Counted from the stretch's first letter, positions 1-11,460 are shown. The stretch: DNA of 64,000 nt from Armatimonadota bacterium (GCA_041690135.1 JAWLHY010000001.1:864001-928000); one strand, 5' to 3'. The notes: generated from the letters alone by a model not told the origin. Numbers and translations are program-made.

Positions 1-900
1 CATCGCGGCAAACCGGGAACCGAACTCGCCCTCGCTGAAATAGCCCGTGACCACCACGTCGTCTTGCTCTCCGGCATCCGCGGATGGGACCGTCGTAACT
101 CCCTGCGCCGCATCCGGAAACCCACTGCCGCCGTCCACCAGCCGCTCCCAGGCAATGTGGCCATCCGACCCCAGCAACTTGGCAACCAGAAAGTCCGAAC
201 TGGACTGGCCGTTCTCCGAGTAGCCCGCGATCAGCAGGTTATTCACCCGGTCCAGGGCGATGTCCAGGGGGCGAATTTCCCCATTGGAAGGGGAGGTGAT
301 GCGGGTGCGCCAACGCTCCGCCCCGTCACCTGTAAAGCTGATTGCCATGACCGCGGGCCGCACCGTGGACTCCGAATGGCCACTTACTCCCCGCCGCGGT
401 CGCGGCGCCGGCCGGGCCGTGAACGGAGTCAGGACCGTGTCGTGGACCAACCCCACGGCTACCACGTTGCCGAGCGCGTCGACCGCAACGTGCATTCCTT
501 CGCTGTCCCAACCGGCGGCCGTGCCCTGCATGGTTCGGAACCAGTCCAGCGCACCGTCGTGGTGATAGACCGCCACGGCAAAGGCGAACTCGCCGGTGGC
601 CATCTGAAGGGTGCCGGTGGCCGCGATGCGGCCATCCGGAAGGAACGCCACGTCGTTGGCTGCGTCCCAGGACACTTCCGCTCCACTGCCGTTGAGCCGG
701 CTCAGCCAGGCGAACTCGGTGCCGTTCGCCGGGGAGCGCGGCGCGACGCGGGAAGCGCGCACGGTGGGCCGCTGTGCCGGCCGGGACGCGGCGGCCCCGG
801 CGATCTGAAGCAGCGCCAGGGCAAACACCAGCACCACCGGCAAATTACGGAAGGCGCGGGCGTAGAACTTGGTAGTATCCGAAAGCTGTTCGTGCATCAT
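1..900 (-). CDS. Secreted beta-propeller repeat protein (SBBP/delta-60-like), 3' end truncated by window edge
   Basis: Not in the ORF track; read manually from ATG at 900: MMHEQLSDTTKFYARAFRNLPVVLVFALALLQIAGAAA (signal-like), then blade-like repeats DAANDVAFLPDGRIAATG, HVAVDALGNVVAVG, DIALDRVNNLLIAG, DAAQGVTT..DVVVTG; frame open to position 1. Confidence 0.7.
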   Translation of the reverse strand, partial: MMHEQLSDTTKFYARAFRNLPVVLVFALALLQIAGAAASRPAQRPTVRASRVAPRSPANGTEFAWLSRLNGSGAEVSWDAANDVAFLPDGRIAATGTLQMATGEFAFAVAVYHHDGALDWFRTMQGTAAGWDSEGMHVAVDALGNVVAVGLVHDTVLTPFTARPAPRPRRGVSGHSESTVRPAVMAISFTGDGAERWRTRITSPSNGEIRPLDIALDRVNNLLIAGYSENGQSSSDFLVAKLLGSDGHIAWERLVDGGSGFPDAAQGVTTVPSADAGEQDDVVVTGYFSEGEFGSRFAAM

Positions 901-1218
901 GATTGCGAGCGGACCGCGACCGGATCGACGCTGATAGGGTTCCGGGAGCAGGCCCTTGCGTTCCGGCAAAAAGCGGCGGGCGGGTGTTGGCGCGCCAAGC
1001 ATCCGACTTATCCAATTCCTTAGATAGCGCCAGGTTCCCTCCTGCACATCCCCTTGTGACGGAATTCACGCAGGACCCGTCACTCATGCCTCGGGGCGGA
1101 CCGCCCGCTGGCTACGGGATCGGCGCTGATTGTGCTTGAAGAAACTTGAGAAGCCGGACACCGGTAAGTACATGGGGTACCAACTTAATGTAGGTGCCGC
1201 GGCCCTGGAGAGTGTTGT

Positions 1219-3564
1219 ATGCTGGCCCGCCTCGCTGTTAGCTCGCTTCTGCTTTTGGGACCCGCCCTCCCGCTTACCGCCGGTGGGACCCGCCCTGCCG
1301 CGCCGCCGGAACCGATGAAGGCCGCCCGCTCGGAAGCGCGAAGCAGCGACCCGAGTGAGAAGCGACCGGACCGCCTGGTGCGGCCCGATTGGGGAAAGAT
1401 TCAAGGTTGGATCCTGGATGCAGCTACCCGGAAGCCGATCGCCCGGGCTCGGGTTGCGGTAGAGGTCGAGGGAGCTTTTCCGGCCGAAGGCAAATCCACG
1501 GACGTCTCCGACGCTGCCGGCCAGTTTACTGCGAAAGCCCCCCTCGGCAAGATCTCCAGCAAGTTCGACTGGGGCCGCCTCCTGACGATGCACCCGATCA
1601 GCCTGCTGCTCTCCCCTCGCTCCGTCACCAAGCAGACCCGAATTCTGGATGTCACCCAGGTCAATGTACGAGTGGAGGCTGAAGGCTACCGCCCCTTCGT
1701 GGGCAGCGTGCGGGCGACCCGCCTCGATGCGGGCGATTTTTCCATCACCCTGGACGATGTCTGGCTGGCGCCCGAAAACAGCGAGCTCGCTTCGTTTTCC
1801 CCGGAGAACGTCCGTTGGGAAGTGATCGAGAGCTTTCGGGTGGAGCCCGTGGTCGCCGCGCCCGGTGAGAAGGTCCGCATTTCCCTGACTGCCCGTCTTC
1901 CGCTGGGTCGTGGCCATCGCTACCGGGCCTACCTGACCAGCAGCGCTCAAAGACTGATCGACAACCAGATCGAATTGAAGCGGGAGCGAGGCAAAGACAG
2001 CGGGAAGAAGGCGGCCAGCCCGGCGGAAGAGCTGCAAGAAAGTGTCACCTTCACCCGGGAGATCAAGCTGCCCAAGAATTCGGTCGATACCTGGACAGAG
2101 TTGAGCTTCTTGCTGGTCCGCAATAACAGCACTGTCCTGCGACAGCGGGATACGCGCACGTTGCTTCAGGTGGCTCGCACTCCGGAGGAAAAGGGACCCG
2201 CCGAGAAGATCGCGGAAGGCTTCGCCTACCACCGCCTGGGCGACACCGAAAAGGCGCTTCGGGAGTACCGGACCGCCGCGGAAGGGGGCCCTCGACCCGG
2301 ACTGGCCGCACTCCTGTTGGGGGACCTGTGCACCCGAATCGGAAGGCATCGCGAGGCGGCCGACCATTACCAGCGCCTCGTGGAGCTCGATCCTCGGGAT
2401 TACGACCTGGCCCGTACCCGGCGTGCCCAGTCCCTGGTGGAACTGGGGCGCAGTGAAGAGGCCCTGGAGGTGCTGGCGGGAGCGGAGCAAGCTTACGGAA
2501 AGCGAAAGATTCCGGCGCCGGTGTACCTCCAACGGGCGCGAGCCTACGCCGCGCTGGGTCAGTTCGAGAAGGTCGATGAATGCCTTTCCCTGGCGGGGCA
2601 GGAGTTGCAGATTTCGGATGCGATCCTCACGGAAATCAACCTCCGGCGCCTGGAAGCGGCCGTCCGCAAGAGCCCCGCGGAACCGGATCTCCGGCTGAGT
2701 TTTGCCCGGCTGCTGGAAGCCGGCGGGCGACGGGATGAAGCGATCGGCCAGATCCGGAAGGCGGTGGAGTTGGACCGGTCCCGGCCCTGGGCCTTCCTGG
2801 AGTTGGGCGAGGCATTGTGGGCGGCCGGGCGCCGGGAGGAGGCGTTAGCCAATCTGCGGCACGCATTAGCGCTGGACCCACAGAACCCACTGGTTTTGAT
2901 GACGCTGGCCGATGCCCTGCGCGACCAGCGTCGATACGCGGAGGCGCTCCCGCTGTACCGGAAGGTCGTCGAGGCGCAGAAGCTGAACCTCCGCGCCCGG
3001 CACAACTACGCGCTGATGCTGTTCGCTACCCAGAATCTGCCCGAGGCGCGGAAAGAGCTGGTAGAGGTGGTGGGTCAGGCGCGCGAGAAGGGCGATCTAC
3101 GCGAGGACGGCCTGCCGCTTCCCGGCGCCGGCATCTATTTCGGTCCCAAGCGTCGGCTCGTCTCGGGGTTCAGCATTCCGGAAGCGGCCGCGGGCGCTGC
3201 GCTGCTGGAGGCCCTTCAGGATCTCGAACACCATCCCGAAAACGCGCTGCTGTGGCAGAACATCGGCCGGGCGCTGCTGGATCTGGAGCTTCCCGACCTC
3301 TCAACCGCTGCCCTCGCGCGCTCGCTCAAGGCGGACTCGGGCCTGCTCGAAACGCGGTTCTTGCTGGGCATGGCATACCGCCGCACAGGCAAAACGGAAG
3401 CGGCCCAGCGAGAGTTGGAAGCTGCGGTCGCCGCCAACCCGCTCCACCCGCGCGCGCGCCTGGAACTGGCGCAACTCTACACGGATGCCGGTGAACTGGA
3501 CCGGGCTCAAGCCCAGCTGGCCGCCTACCGAAAGCACTATCCCCATGAACGACCGGCACTTTAG
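1219..3564 (+). CDS. Secreted tetratricopeptide-repeat protein with N-terminal carboxypeptidase-regulatory-like domain
   Basis: Signal peptide; GKIQGWILDAATRKPIARARV N-terminal beta domain; many TPR units (e.g. ALANLRHALALDPQNP, AIGQIRKAVELDRSRPWAFLELG). Confidence 0.8.
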   Translation: MLARLAVSSLLLLGPALPLTAGGTRPAAPPEPMKAARSEARSSDPSEKRPDRLVRPDWGKIQGWILDAATRKPIARARVAVEVEGAFPAEGKSTDVSDAAGQFTAKAPLGKISSKFDWGRLLTMHPISLLLSPRSVTKQTRILDVTQVNVRVEAEGYRPFVGSVRATRLDAGDFSITLDDVWLAPENSELASFSPENVRWEVIESFRVEPVVAAPGEKVRISLTARLPLGRGHRYRAYLTSSAQRLIDNQIELKRERGKDSGKKAASPAEELQESVTFTREIKLPKNSVDTWTELSFLLVRNNSTVLRQRDTRTLLQVARTPEEKGPAEKIAEGFAYHRLGDTEKALREYRTAAEGGPRPGLAALLLGDLCTRIGRHREAADHYQRLVELDPRDYDLARTRRAQSLVELGRSEEALEVLAGAEQAYGKRKIPAPVYLQRARAYAALGQFEKVDECLSLAGQELQISDAILTEINLRRLEAAVRKSPAEPDLRLSFARLLEAGGRRDEAIGQIRKAVELDRSRPWAFLELGEALWAAGRREEALANLRHALALDPQNPLVLMTLADALRDQRRYAEALPLYRKVVEAQKLNLRARHNYALMLFATQNLPEARKELVEVVGQAREKGDLREDGLPLPGAGIYFGPKRRLVSGFSIPEAAAGAALLEALQDLEHHPENALLWQNIGRALLDLELPDLSTAALARSLKADSGLLETRFLLGMAYRRTGKTEAAQRELEAAVAANPLHPRARLELAQLYTDAGELDRAQAQLAAYRKHYPHERPAL

Positions 3565-4864
3565 GGCCACGCTCTCTTCCTGGTTCCGCGGAAGCTTTCT
3601 GGCGGTGGGGCTCGGGATTCTCCTGGCCGATACCGCGCCAGCGCAGGCACGCGTGATCGGAAAAACGGCGGAGATCAGCGTCGGTCGCGAAACCGCCTCG
3701 CAGATCGAGCGGTTCTTCCGGGTGGATACCGACCCTGTGGCCGTGGGACGGGTACGGGCAATCGGCCGCCGTCTTGCGGCTTGCGCACACGACCCGGATT
3801 TCCCCTTCGAGTTCCATGTGGTGGAGAGCGGCGAGATCAATGCCTTCGCCTTACCCGGCGGCTTCATCTACGTCTTCCGGGGACTGCTGCAGTTGATCCC
3901 CAATGACGATGCCCTCGCGTTCGTGCTGGCCCACGAGATCAGCCACGTCACGGAGAGGCATGCCGTTCGGCAGTTCGAGAAGAATATTTTGCTCGCCGCC
4001 GGTCTCGCCGGCATCCTGGCGGGCACGGGCGCCGGTTCGGGCTTCAACGACGCGGCGAGAGTGGCGCAGGCCGTGGCCGGGCTTTCCTTTACACGCAGCG
4101 ACGAGAAGGACGCCGACGAGACGGGAATGGAGTTGCTGGTGAAGGCGGGTTACAATCCTCGGGCCGCTTCCCAGGCCATGGAGATCATCAAGCGGGCCGC
4201 CGGGGATGACCGGAGCACGCCCAACCTCCTGCGGAGCCATCCCGCCCCCAGCAGCCGCATCAAGAAGCTCAACGAACTGGCCGAAGCCGCGCTGGCCCGC
4301 CGGAAGGACCTCCCGCCGCGAACGGTGCCGCCGCCTCCGCCCGCGGCGCCTCGACCCCTTCCCGGTATCGCGGCCATCGAGCCCGCGCCCTGCGAGTGGT
4401 TGCCGCTGGCCGTAGGCGCGCGCTGGATCTACCGGGTGCAGAGCGAGGGTACAGAGGGCACCGCCCAGGTTCGGGTGATCGAAGCGTTGAAGACCACGCC
4501 CGGCGTCTACCGGGTGGAGTACGATTTCGGACGGGGTGTCCGAGCCGAGCGCCTGCTGGCCCCGGCGGGGGACCGGTTCTTGAGCCGCAGTGCCGCCGCG
4601 ACCGCGAAGCCGGACTGGAAACTGGAAGCCGTGTTCAACCCTGCCGCACACAAGGAGGGATCCCTGCGCTGGGCCGGACTGGAGAAGATCACGGTACCGG
4701 CCGGTACTTTTGAGACAGCCAGGATCGAACGGGTCGGTGCCGAAGGCAAGGTGGAAGTCACCTACTGGTACGCGCGCGGTACGGGCCTGGTCAAGAGCCT
4801 GTCGGCCGTGACCGGAGTTGTCCAGGAGTTGAAGGCATATCAGCCCGGCAATTCAAAAGGCTGA
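3545..4864 (+). CDS. M48 family zinc metalloprotease with C-terminal DUF3108-like beta domain
   Basis: INAFALPGG, LAHEISH (HExxH), SRxDExxAD-like FTRSDEKDAD and SHP motifs; ATG at 3545 overlaps the TPR gene; C-terminus PLAVGARWIY..ITVPAGTFE..YWYARGTGLVK. Confidence 0.85.
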   Translation: MNDRHFRATLSSWFRGSFLAVGLGILLADTAPAQARVIGKTAEISVGRETASQIERFFRVDTDPVAVGRVRAIGRRLAACAHDPDFPFEFHVVESGEINAFALPGGFIYVFRGLLQLIPNDDALAFVLAHEISHVTERHAVRQFEKNILLAAGLAGILAGTGAGSGFNDAARVAQAVAGLSFTRSDEKDADETGMELLVKAGYNPRAASQAMEIIKRAAGDDRSTPNLLRSHPAPSSRIKKLNELAEAALARRKDLPPRTVPPPPPAAPRPLPGIAAIEPAPCEWLPLAVGARWIYRVQSEGTEGTAQVRVIEALKTTPGVYRVEYDFGRGVRAERLLAPAGDRFLSRSAAATAKPDWKLEAVFNPAAHKEGSLRWAGLEKITVPAGTFETARIERVGAEGKVEVTYWYARGTGLVKSLSAVTGVVQELKAYQPGNSKG

Positions 4865-4983
4865 CCCCTCATCCTTATCCGTCAGCCCTCATCCCTATCT
4901 CTATCATCCAGCGCGACTCCTTATCCTTATCATCCTCCAGCTCTCTTCCTTGTCCTTATCTTTATTCCCGTCCATCTTTATCC
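4862..4983. repeat. Pyrimidine-rich degenerate short tandem repeat (ATCCTT/TCATCC-like)
   Basis: cctcatccttatcc..cctcatccctatctctatcatcc..ccttatccttatcatcc..tccttatctttattcc between convergent genes. Confidence 0.6.
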
Positions 4984-5703
4984 GCTATGGCGGATCTCCT
5001 GGGCGGGGCGGATGCAGATCTCGCGGACGTAGGCGGTTTCGGGCAGCGTGACCAGGTTGACCACCTGCGCGGCCACGTCTTCCGGCTGGATGAGCGACTC
5101 CGCTACTTCGGTGGGAAACCCCTCGGCACGCATGCGGGTCGCCACGGGACCTGGGCAAACGACGTGCGCTCGGACCCCGGTGCCCGCCAGTTCCTCATCC
5201 AGCGCCTCCGTGAACCCGATCTGTCCCCACTTGGCGGTGCAGTAGGCCACCCGCGTAGGCACGCCCAGCTTCCCCGCCATGGAAGAAATGGTAACGACTC
5301 TCCCCCACCCCTGGTCCAGGAGCGTCGGCAGGAAGAAGCGAGTCACCAGGAACGTCCCGCGCACCTGGCTGTTCAGCACCCCGTCCCAATCCTCCACGGA
5401 GTTTTCGACGAGCGGCTTCCGGCACACCCCGCCGGCATTGTTCACGATGATGTGGACCGCCCCGAACTCCCCCCGGGTCGCCTCGACCAGGCGCCGGACA
5501 TCCGCTTCCTGGGAGACGTCGGCAATTACCGCCAGCGCCCGAGAACCGCGACTGCGCACTTCCTCGGCGGTTCGCGCGATCTCCTCCGCACTCCGTGCGG
5601 TGACCACGACATGACAGCCCTCGCTTGCGAGCGCCAGCGCGATGGACCGTCCGATTCCCCGTCCGCCCCCCGTAACGACGGCGACGCGATTTTTCAACCT
5701 CAT
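4978..5703 (-). CDS. SDR family NAD(P)-dependent oxidoreductase
   Basis: TGGGRGIG, NNAG and YxxxK (YCTAK) motifs; ATG at 5703. Confidence 0.9.
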   Translation of the reverse strand: MRLKNRVAVVTGGGRGIGRSIALALASEGCHVVVTARSAEEIARTAEEVRSRGSRALAVIADVSQEADVRRLVEATRGEFGAVHIIVNNAGGVCRKPLVENSVEDWDGVLNSQVRGTFLVTRFFLPTLLDQGWGRVVTISSMAGKLGVPTRVAYCTAKWGQIGFTEALDEELAGTGVRAHVVCPGPVATRMRAEGFPTEVAESLIQPEDVAAQVVNLVTLPETAYVREICIRPAQEIRHSG

Positions 5704-5710
5704 GACCACC

Positions 5711-6700
5711 CTACTTTCGAGACAGGCTGTTGTAAAGGACGGCGGCCAGGATCAGGAGGCCCTGCACGGCCGGCTGCGTTTCGCTGGGTAGCGGTACGAG
5801 GCTGGACAGAAAGGTCAGCGCTACGTTGATGATGCTCAGCAGGACCGCGGCGAGCACCGTGCCGAGAATGGTGCCGCGACCGCCGAAGATGTCCGTGCCG
5901 CCCACCACCACAGCGGTGATCACCTCCAGCTCGAAGCCGCGGGGCGGGGTCGGGTAGATGGGGGTGAACCGGCAGGCGAAGAGGAAGCCGGCGAATCCTA
6001 CCAGCGCTCCCAGGAGGAGAAAGCTGCGGAAAGTAACCCACGCCACCGGAATGCCTGAAAGCTCGGAAGAGCGGGGGTTGCTCCCGACGGCATAGTGCTG
6101 GCGACCGGGTCGGGTGGATGCCAGGTACGCATGCGTCCCCCAGCAGACCAGGATGGCGCTCCAGACGAGAAAGGGGACTCCCAGGAAGGAACTGGCGCCG
6201 AGTTCCGTGAGTTGCGGGGGGATCGCCATGCTCTCCCCACGGGTGACCATCACCAGCAGACCGCGAATGGCGCCGAGGGTCGCCAACGTCGCCACGATGG
6301 AAGGGATCTTCAGTCCGGCCGTGAGGCCCCCGTTTACCGCACCCATCCCCGCGCCGCACACCACGGCGGCCACGATCAGAGCGGGTACCGGCAGCCCACG
6401 CGCACCGAGCATGCCGACCACCACCGCGCACACCGCCAGCATCGCTCCCACGGAGATGTCGATCTGCGCCGCGACGATAAGGGCCGTCATCCCGGCTGCC
6501 GCGACCAGGGGGATCGAGGTATTGACCAGGATATCGCGGAGATTGTCCACTCCCACGAACCGGCCCTGCGTCACAACACCCATCACCAGGAGCAACACAA
6601 CGACCGCAAGCGCTAGGATCGCCTCGCGGCTTCTCCAGACAGGCTCCGCCGCGGCTGCGGCGGAGCGGGTGGAAAGGCTAGCTGTGGGGCTCATCGCCAT
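5711..6700 (-). CDS. Monosaccharide ABC transporter permease (RbsC/LsrC-like)
   Basis: IDISVG, IPSIVATL, GSNPRSSELSGI, VVVGGTDIFGGRG motifs; many hydrophobic helices; start overlaps the dnaJ 3' end. Confidence 0.9.
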   Translation of the reverse strand: MAMSPTASLSTRSAAAAAEPVWRSREAILALAVVVLLLVMGVVTQGRFVGVDNLRDILVNTSIPLVAAAGMTALIVAAQIDISVGAMLAVCAVVVGMLGARGLPVPALIVAAVVCGAGMGAVNGGLTAGLKIPSIVATLATLGAIRGLLVMVTRGESMAIPPQLTELGASSFLGVPFLVWSAILVCWGTHAYLASTRPGRQHYAVGSNPRSSELSGIPVAWVTFRSFLLLGALVGFAGFLFACRFTPIYPTPPRGFELEVITAVVVGGTDIFGGRGTILGTVLAAVLLSIINVALTFLSSLVPLPSETQPAVQGLLILAAVLYNSLSRK

Positions 6701-7874
6701 CGTCTCGCCCGTGGAACAGGTTCTTGATCCGTTCGAAGAACCCTTGCCCATGCTCGGCCGCCGGCTGGTCGAGATCCTCGCCGGAGGCTTCCGCAAACTC
6801 CCGGAGCGCCTTCTTCTGTCGATCGTTCAACCGCGTGGGCGTGCGGACCTTCACGACGATGTGCTGGTCTCCCCGCACCTGGGGGCGGTTCAGATCCGGT
6901 AAACCCTTGGCGCGCATGCGGAACACGTCGCCGGGCTGCGTGCCCGCGGGGATGTTGATCGGCTCGGTTCCTTCCAGCGTCGGCACATCGACCCGTCCTC
7001 CCAGGGCTGCCCGCGCGAAGGAGACTTCCACTTCGTTCACCAGGTCCAACCCTTCACGGCGGAAGGTCGGGTGCGGCTTCAGGTGGAGGAAAACGTAAAG
7101 GTCGCCGGGTGGTCCGCCCTGGACACCCCCTTCTCCCTGGCCGGAAAGTCGGATGCGGGTGCGGTCGCCGGCTCCGGGCGGGACTTCCACCTGGATCCGC
7201 CGGCTCTGGCGCTCCCTCCCCTTGCCGCCGCAGCGCGGACAGGGGTCCGTGATGATCTCTCCGCGGCCGCCGCACCGGTTGCACTCCGCCACCTGGCTCA
7301 TGGTGCCGAAGAAGGTCTGACGCGAACTGCGGACGTAACCGGCCCCGGCGCAGCTTACACATTTCTGCGGACGGGTGCCCGGCTTGGCGCCTCCCCCCGA
7401 ACACTCCGTGCAGGTTTCCATCCGGGTGATCGGAATGGATTTCTCCACGCCCGTGAGGCACTCTTCCAGGGTGATCTCGAGGTCACAGCGAAGATCCCCT
7501 CCCCTACCGGGCTGGGTTTCCGCGGGCGCGCCGGGCCGGCCTCCGCCTCCGAAGAATACATCGAAGATGTCGTTGAAGTTGCCGAAGCCACCGAACCCGA
7601 AGTCGGCCTCGCCCATGCCCCCGCTCATTCCCCCATCCACACCGGCGGCGCCGAAGCGATCGTACTTCGCCCGCTTGTCGGGATTGGAGAGGACTTCGTA
7701 GGCCTGGTTGATCTCTTTGAAACGCTCGGTGGCCTCGGGGCTGCCCCCATTCACGTCCGGATGATACTGGCGAGCCAGTTTGCGGTAGGCTTTGCGGATA
7801 TCGTCCGGCGAAGCCTCCCGAGTTACCCCGAGGAGGGTGTAAAAGTCACGAACTTCCGCCACCGGTAGCTCCAT
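6678..7874 (-). CDS. dnaJ: Chaperone DnaJ
   Basis: J-domain with HPD, G/F-rich region, four CxxCxGxG zinc-finger repeats. Confidence 0.97.
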   Translation of the reverse strand: MELPVAEVRDFYTLLGVTREASPDDIRKAYRKLARQYHPDVNGGSPEATERFKEINQAYEVLSNPDKRAKYDRFGAAGVDGGMSGGMGEADFGFGGFGNFNDIFDVFFGGGGRPGAPAETQPGRGGDLRCDLEITLEECLTGVEKSIPITRMETCTECSGGGAKPGTRPQKCVSCAGAGYVRSSRQTFFGTMSQVAECNRCGGRGEIITDPCPRCGGKGRERQSRRIQVEVPPGAGDRTRIRLSGQGEGGVQGGPPGDLYVFLHLKPHPTFRREGLDLVNEVEVSFARAALGGRVDVPTLEGTEPINIPAGTQPGDVFRMRAKGLPDLNRPQVRGDQHIVVKVRTPTRLNDRQKKALREFAEASGEDLDQPAAEHGQGFFERIKNLFHGRDDGDEPHS

Positions 7875-7906
7875 CTACCCGGAGAGGAGATCTCCGGGGG
7901 TACGCC

Positions 7907-7948
7907 GTTGGGCCGGCACGGAACGTTCCCGCTCCGTGTCGGCCCAAC
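7907..7948 (-). terminator. Stem-loop between rpoZ and dnaJ
   Basis: gttgggccggcacgga..tccgtgtcggcccaac inverted repeat; no strong U tract. Confidence 0.45.
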
Positions 7949-7997
7949 ACCTAGTCACTCCCAATACTCTTATCGCCGGCAAGGACAGCGCGCGGAG

Positions 7998-8501
7998 TTA
8001 CTCCTCCTCGTCGCTCTCTTCCTCGGCATCGGCTTCCTCGTCCTCCGAGTCCTCCTCGTCGGAATCGTCGCTTTCTTCCAGCTCGACATCCACATCCGAG
8101 TCCTCATCGCGAGAGCCGGAGCGAATGACGTCGTCCTCTTCCTCTTCCTCTTCGGACTCTTCCTCGTCGTCGGCCCCGACCAGCAACGCCGCCAGGTCGT
8201 CCACCGCATCGCTGTCTTCGTCCAGCAGCTCTTCATCCAGATCGAACTCGGCGCCGGTCACCAGCGAGGTGATCATATCGCGCGGCGCGGGAGCGATCTC
8301 TTCCTGGGGCGGAGCGATGGATTGCAACTTGTGCTCCTTCACTTCCGCAAGCGCCACGGAGAGCGGATTCGGCGAAGGTTCCCGCACCAGAGCCTGGTGG
8401 CCTTCCTTGAGCTGGCGAGCCCGCTTGGCCGCCACGATCACGAGGGAGTACTTGTTGCCGATGTATTCTTCAAGATCGTCGGTTGATTGCAAAACGGCCA
8501 T
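7998..8501 (-). CDS. rpoZ: RNA polymerase omega subunit with long acidic C-terminal extension
   Basis: NKYSLVIVAAKRARQL..NPLSVALAEV omega signature; ATG at 8501; D/E-rich tail. Confidence 0.92.
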   Translation of the reverse strand: MAVLQSTDDLEEYIGNKYSLVIVAAKRARQLKEGHQALVREPSPNPLSVALAEVKEHKLQSIAPPQEEIAPAPRDMITSLVTGAEFDLDEELLDEDSDAVDDLAALLVGADDEEESEEEEEEDDVIRSGSRDEDSDVDVELEESDDSDEEDSEDEEADAEEESDEEE

Positions 8502-8569
8502 AGACGAACCCCACGGTGAGGAAACAGAGAAAGAGGAGGTGCCGCCGGACGGGCACACAGTACCGCGTC

Positions 8570-8599
8570 ATTATAAAGGTCGGGAGCAATACCCGTCAA
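8570..8599 (-). promoter_or_regulatory. Sigma70-type promoter for rpoZ
   Basis: TTGACG (8599-8594), 18-nt spacer, TATAAT (8575-8570) on the minus strand. Confidence 0.65.
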
Positions 8600-8691
8600 A
8601 CGGGAGCGACTTCCGGCATTTGTTCCCCGCCCCGCTCGGGCCACCGTCATCCGCTATCACTCGCAGGGCTTGAATGCTGCAAGAGCTATGC

Positions 8692-8723
8692 TTGACACCC
8701 CTTTCGAGCGGGTGCTATATATT
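8692..8723 (+). promoter_or_regulatory. Sigma70-type promoter for groESL
   Basis: TTGACA at 8692-8697, then TGcTATATATT -10 region just upstream of CIRCE. Confidence 0.75.
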
Positions 8724-8730
8724 ACCGGGT

Positions 8731-8757
8731 TTAGCACTCACCCTCTTCGAGTGCTAA
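8731..8757 (+). promoter_or_regulatory. CIRCE operator (HrcA binding site)
   Basis: Exact TTAGCACTC-N9-GAGTGCTAA upstream of groES. Confidence 0.97.
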
Positions 8758-8808
8758 ACTGCCTGAAAGTATTCAGCCACCCCCAGACCTGCAGGAGGCA
8801 GACAACCG

Positions 8809-9099
8809 ATGAAGATTCGTCCCCTGGGAGACAAGGTGGTCGTCAAGGCCAGCACGGCGGACGAGCGCACCGCCGGAGGAATCGTCCTCCCCGACGCCGC
8901 CCGTGAGAAGCCCCAGCAGGGCACCGTCGTGGCCGTAGGCCCCGGTCGTGTGCTCGAGACGGGCGACAGGGCCCCGATGGCCGTCCAGGTAGGAGACACG
9001 GTTATCTTCTCGAAGTATGGCGGCAATGAGATCAAGCTGGACGGCGAGGAACTGCTGATCCTCGACCAGGACTCGATCTACGCCGTACGCGCGGAGTAA
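8809..9099 (+). CDS. groES: Co-chaperonin GroES
   Basis: [33 protein letters not shown]; AGGAGG RBS. Confidence 0.98.
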   Translation: MKIRPLGDKVVVKASTADERTAGGIVLPDAAREKPQQGTVVAVGPGRVLETGDRAPMAVQVGDTVIFSKYGGNEIKLDGEELLILDQDSIYAVRAE

Positions 9100-9190
9100 T
9101 TTCCCGAAGTTTCAAGCGCGGCCCGGCCACGCCGGCCGCACGACAGGCCCATCCCAATCCGACTGAAAGCCAGTAGGAGGACAGAACAAC

Positions 9191-10813
<1,623 letters not shown>

Positions 10814-10841
10814 TCTTGCCCTATCGGGTAAGCGAACATGC

Positions 10842-10873
10842 GCCGGGCCTGCGTTTGCAGGCCCGGTTTTTTT
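10842..10873 (+). terminator. Intrinsic terminator of groESL
   Basis: gccgggcctgc-gttt-gcaggcccgg followed by T7. Confidence 0.9.
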
Positions 10874-11000
10874 GTGCCGGAAAATAAATAGGGAACGCAC
10901 CGGCGGCGAGTCGGGTCTGTGTGGCAAACGGGCGTTAGGGACGGAAGTGCCTGGGCTTCGGGCTCTGTTGTCCCCAACGTCCCCTCGACTGGAGAACCTC

Positions 11001-11423
11001 ATGACGAATAAGATCCGTCTCGCCGGCCTGGGCATCACCACGGTGCTGGGCCTTACGTTGCTGGCTCCGAGCGCCGCGCATGCCGGTTCCAAGGGCAAAC
11101 GCAACACAGCCCTCGCTCTCGGCGCCGTCGCTGCCTACGGTCTCGTCACCAAGAAGCCGGTCATCGCCGGCGTGGCGGGCGCCGGCGCGCTCTACAGCTA
11201 CGCGCAGTCCCGCCGTGATGCCAGCCGCGAGCGGGATCGCGACCGCTACCGCCGCTATGGCCGCTACGATCGGTATGATCGCTACGACCGATATGATCGT
11301 GACTACCGCTACGGCGGGTACGATCGTGACTATCGTTACGACCGGGGTCGTTACGACCGGTATGATCGCTACGACCGCGGCCGGGACTGCGCCCCGCGCT
11401 ATTCCGGCCGGTACCGCCGCTAG
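11001..11423 (+). CDS. Small exported/membrane protein with Arg-Tyr-Asp repeat tail
   Basis: ATG at 11001 with GGAG RBS; signal peptide ending AHA; hydrophobic Gly/Ala hairpin; (RYD)n tail. Confidence 0.8.
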   Translation: MTNKIRLAGLGITTVLGLTLLAPSAAHAGSKGKRNTALALGAVAAYGLVTKKPVIAGVAGAGALYSYAQSRRDASRERDRDRYRRYGRYDRYDRYDRYDRDYRYGGYDRDYRYDRGRYDRYDRYDRGRDCAPRYSGRYRR

Positions 11424-11460
11424 GGAGACCTTCACGCCGAGCTGATCAGCCGGAACGTAT

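Noticed and set aside
7950-7985. Possible CIRCE upstream of dnaJ (GAGTGACTAG on the minus strand)
   Set aside because: Only a degenerate half-site; no matching left arm at 9-nt spacing
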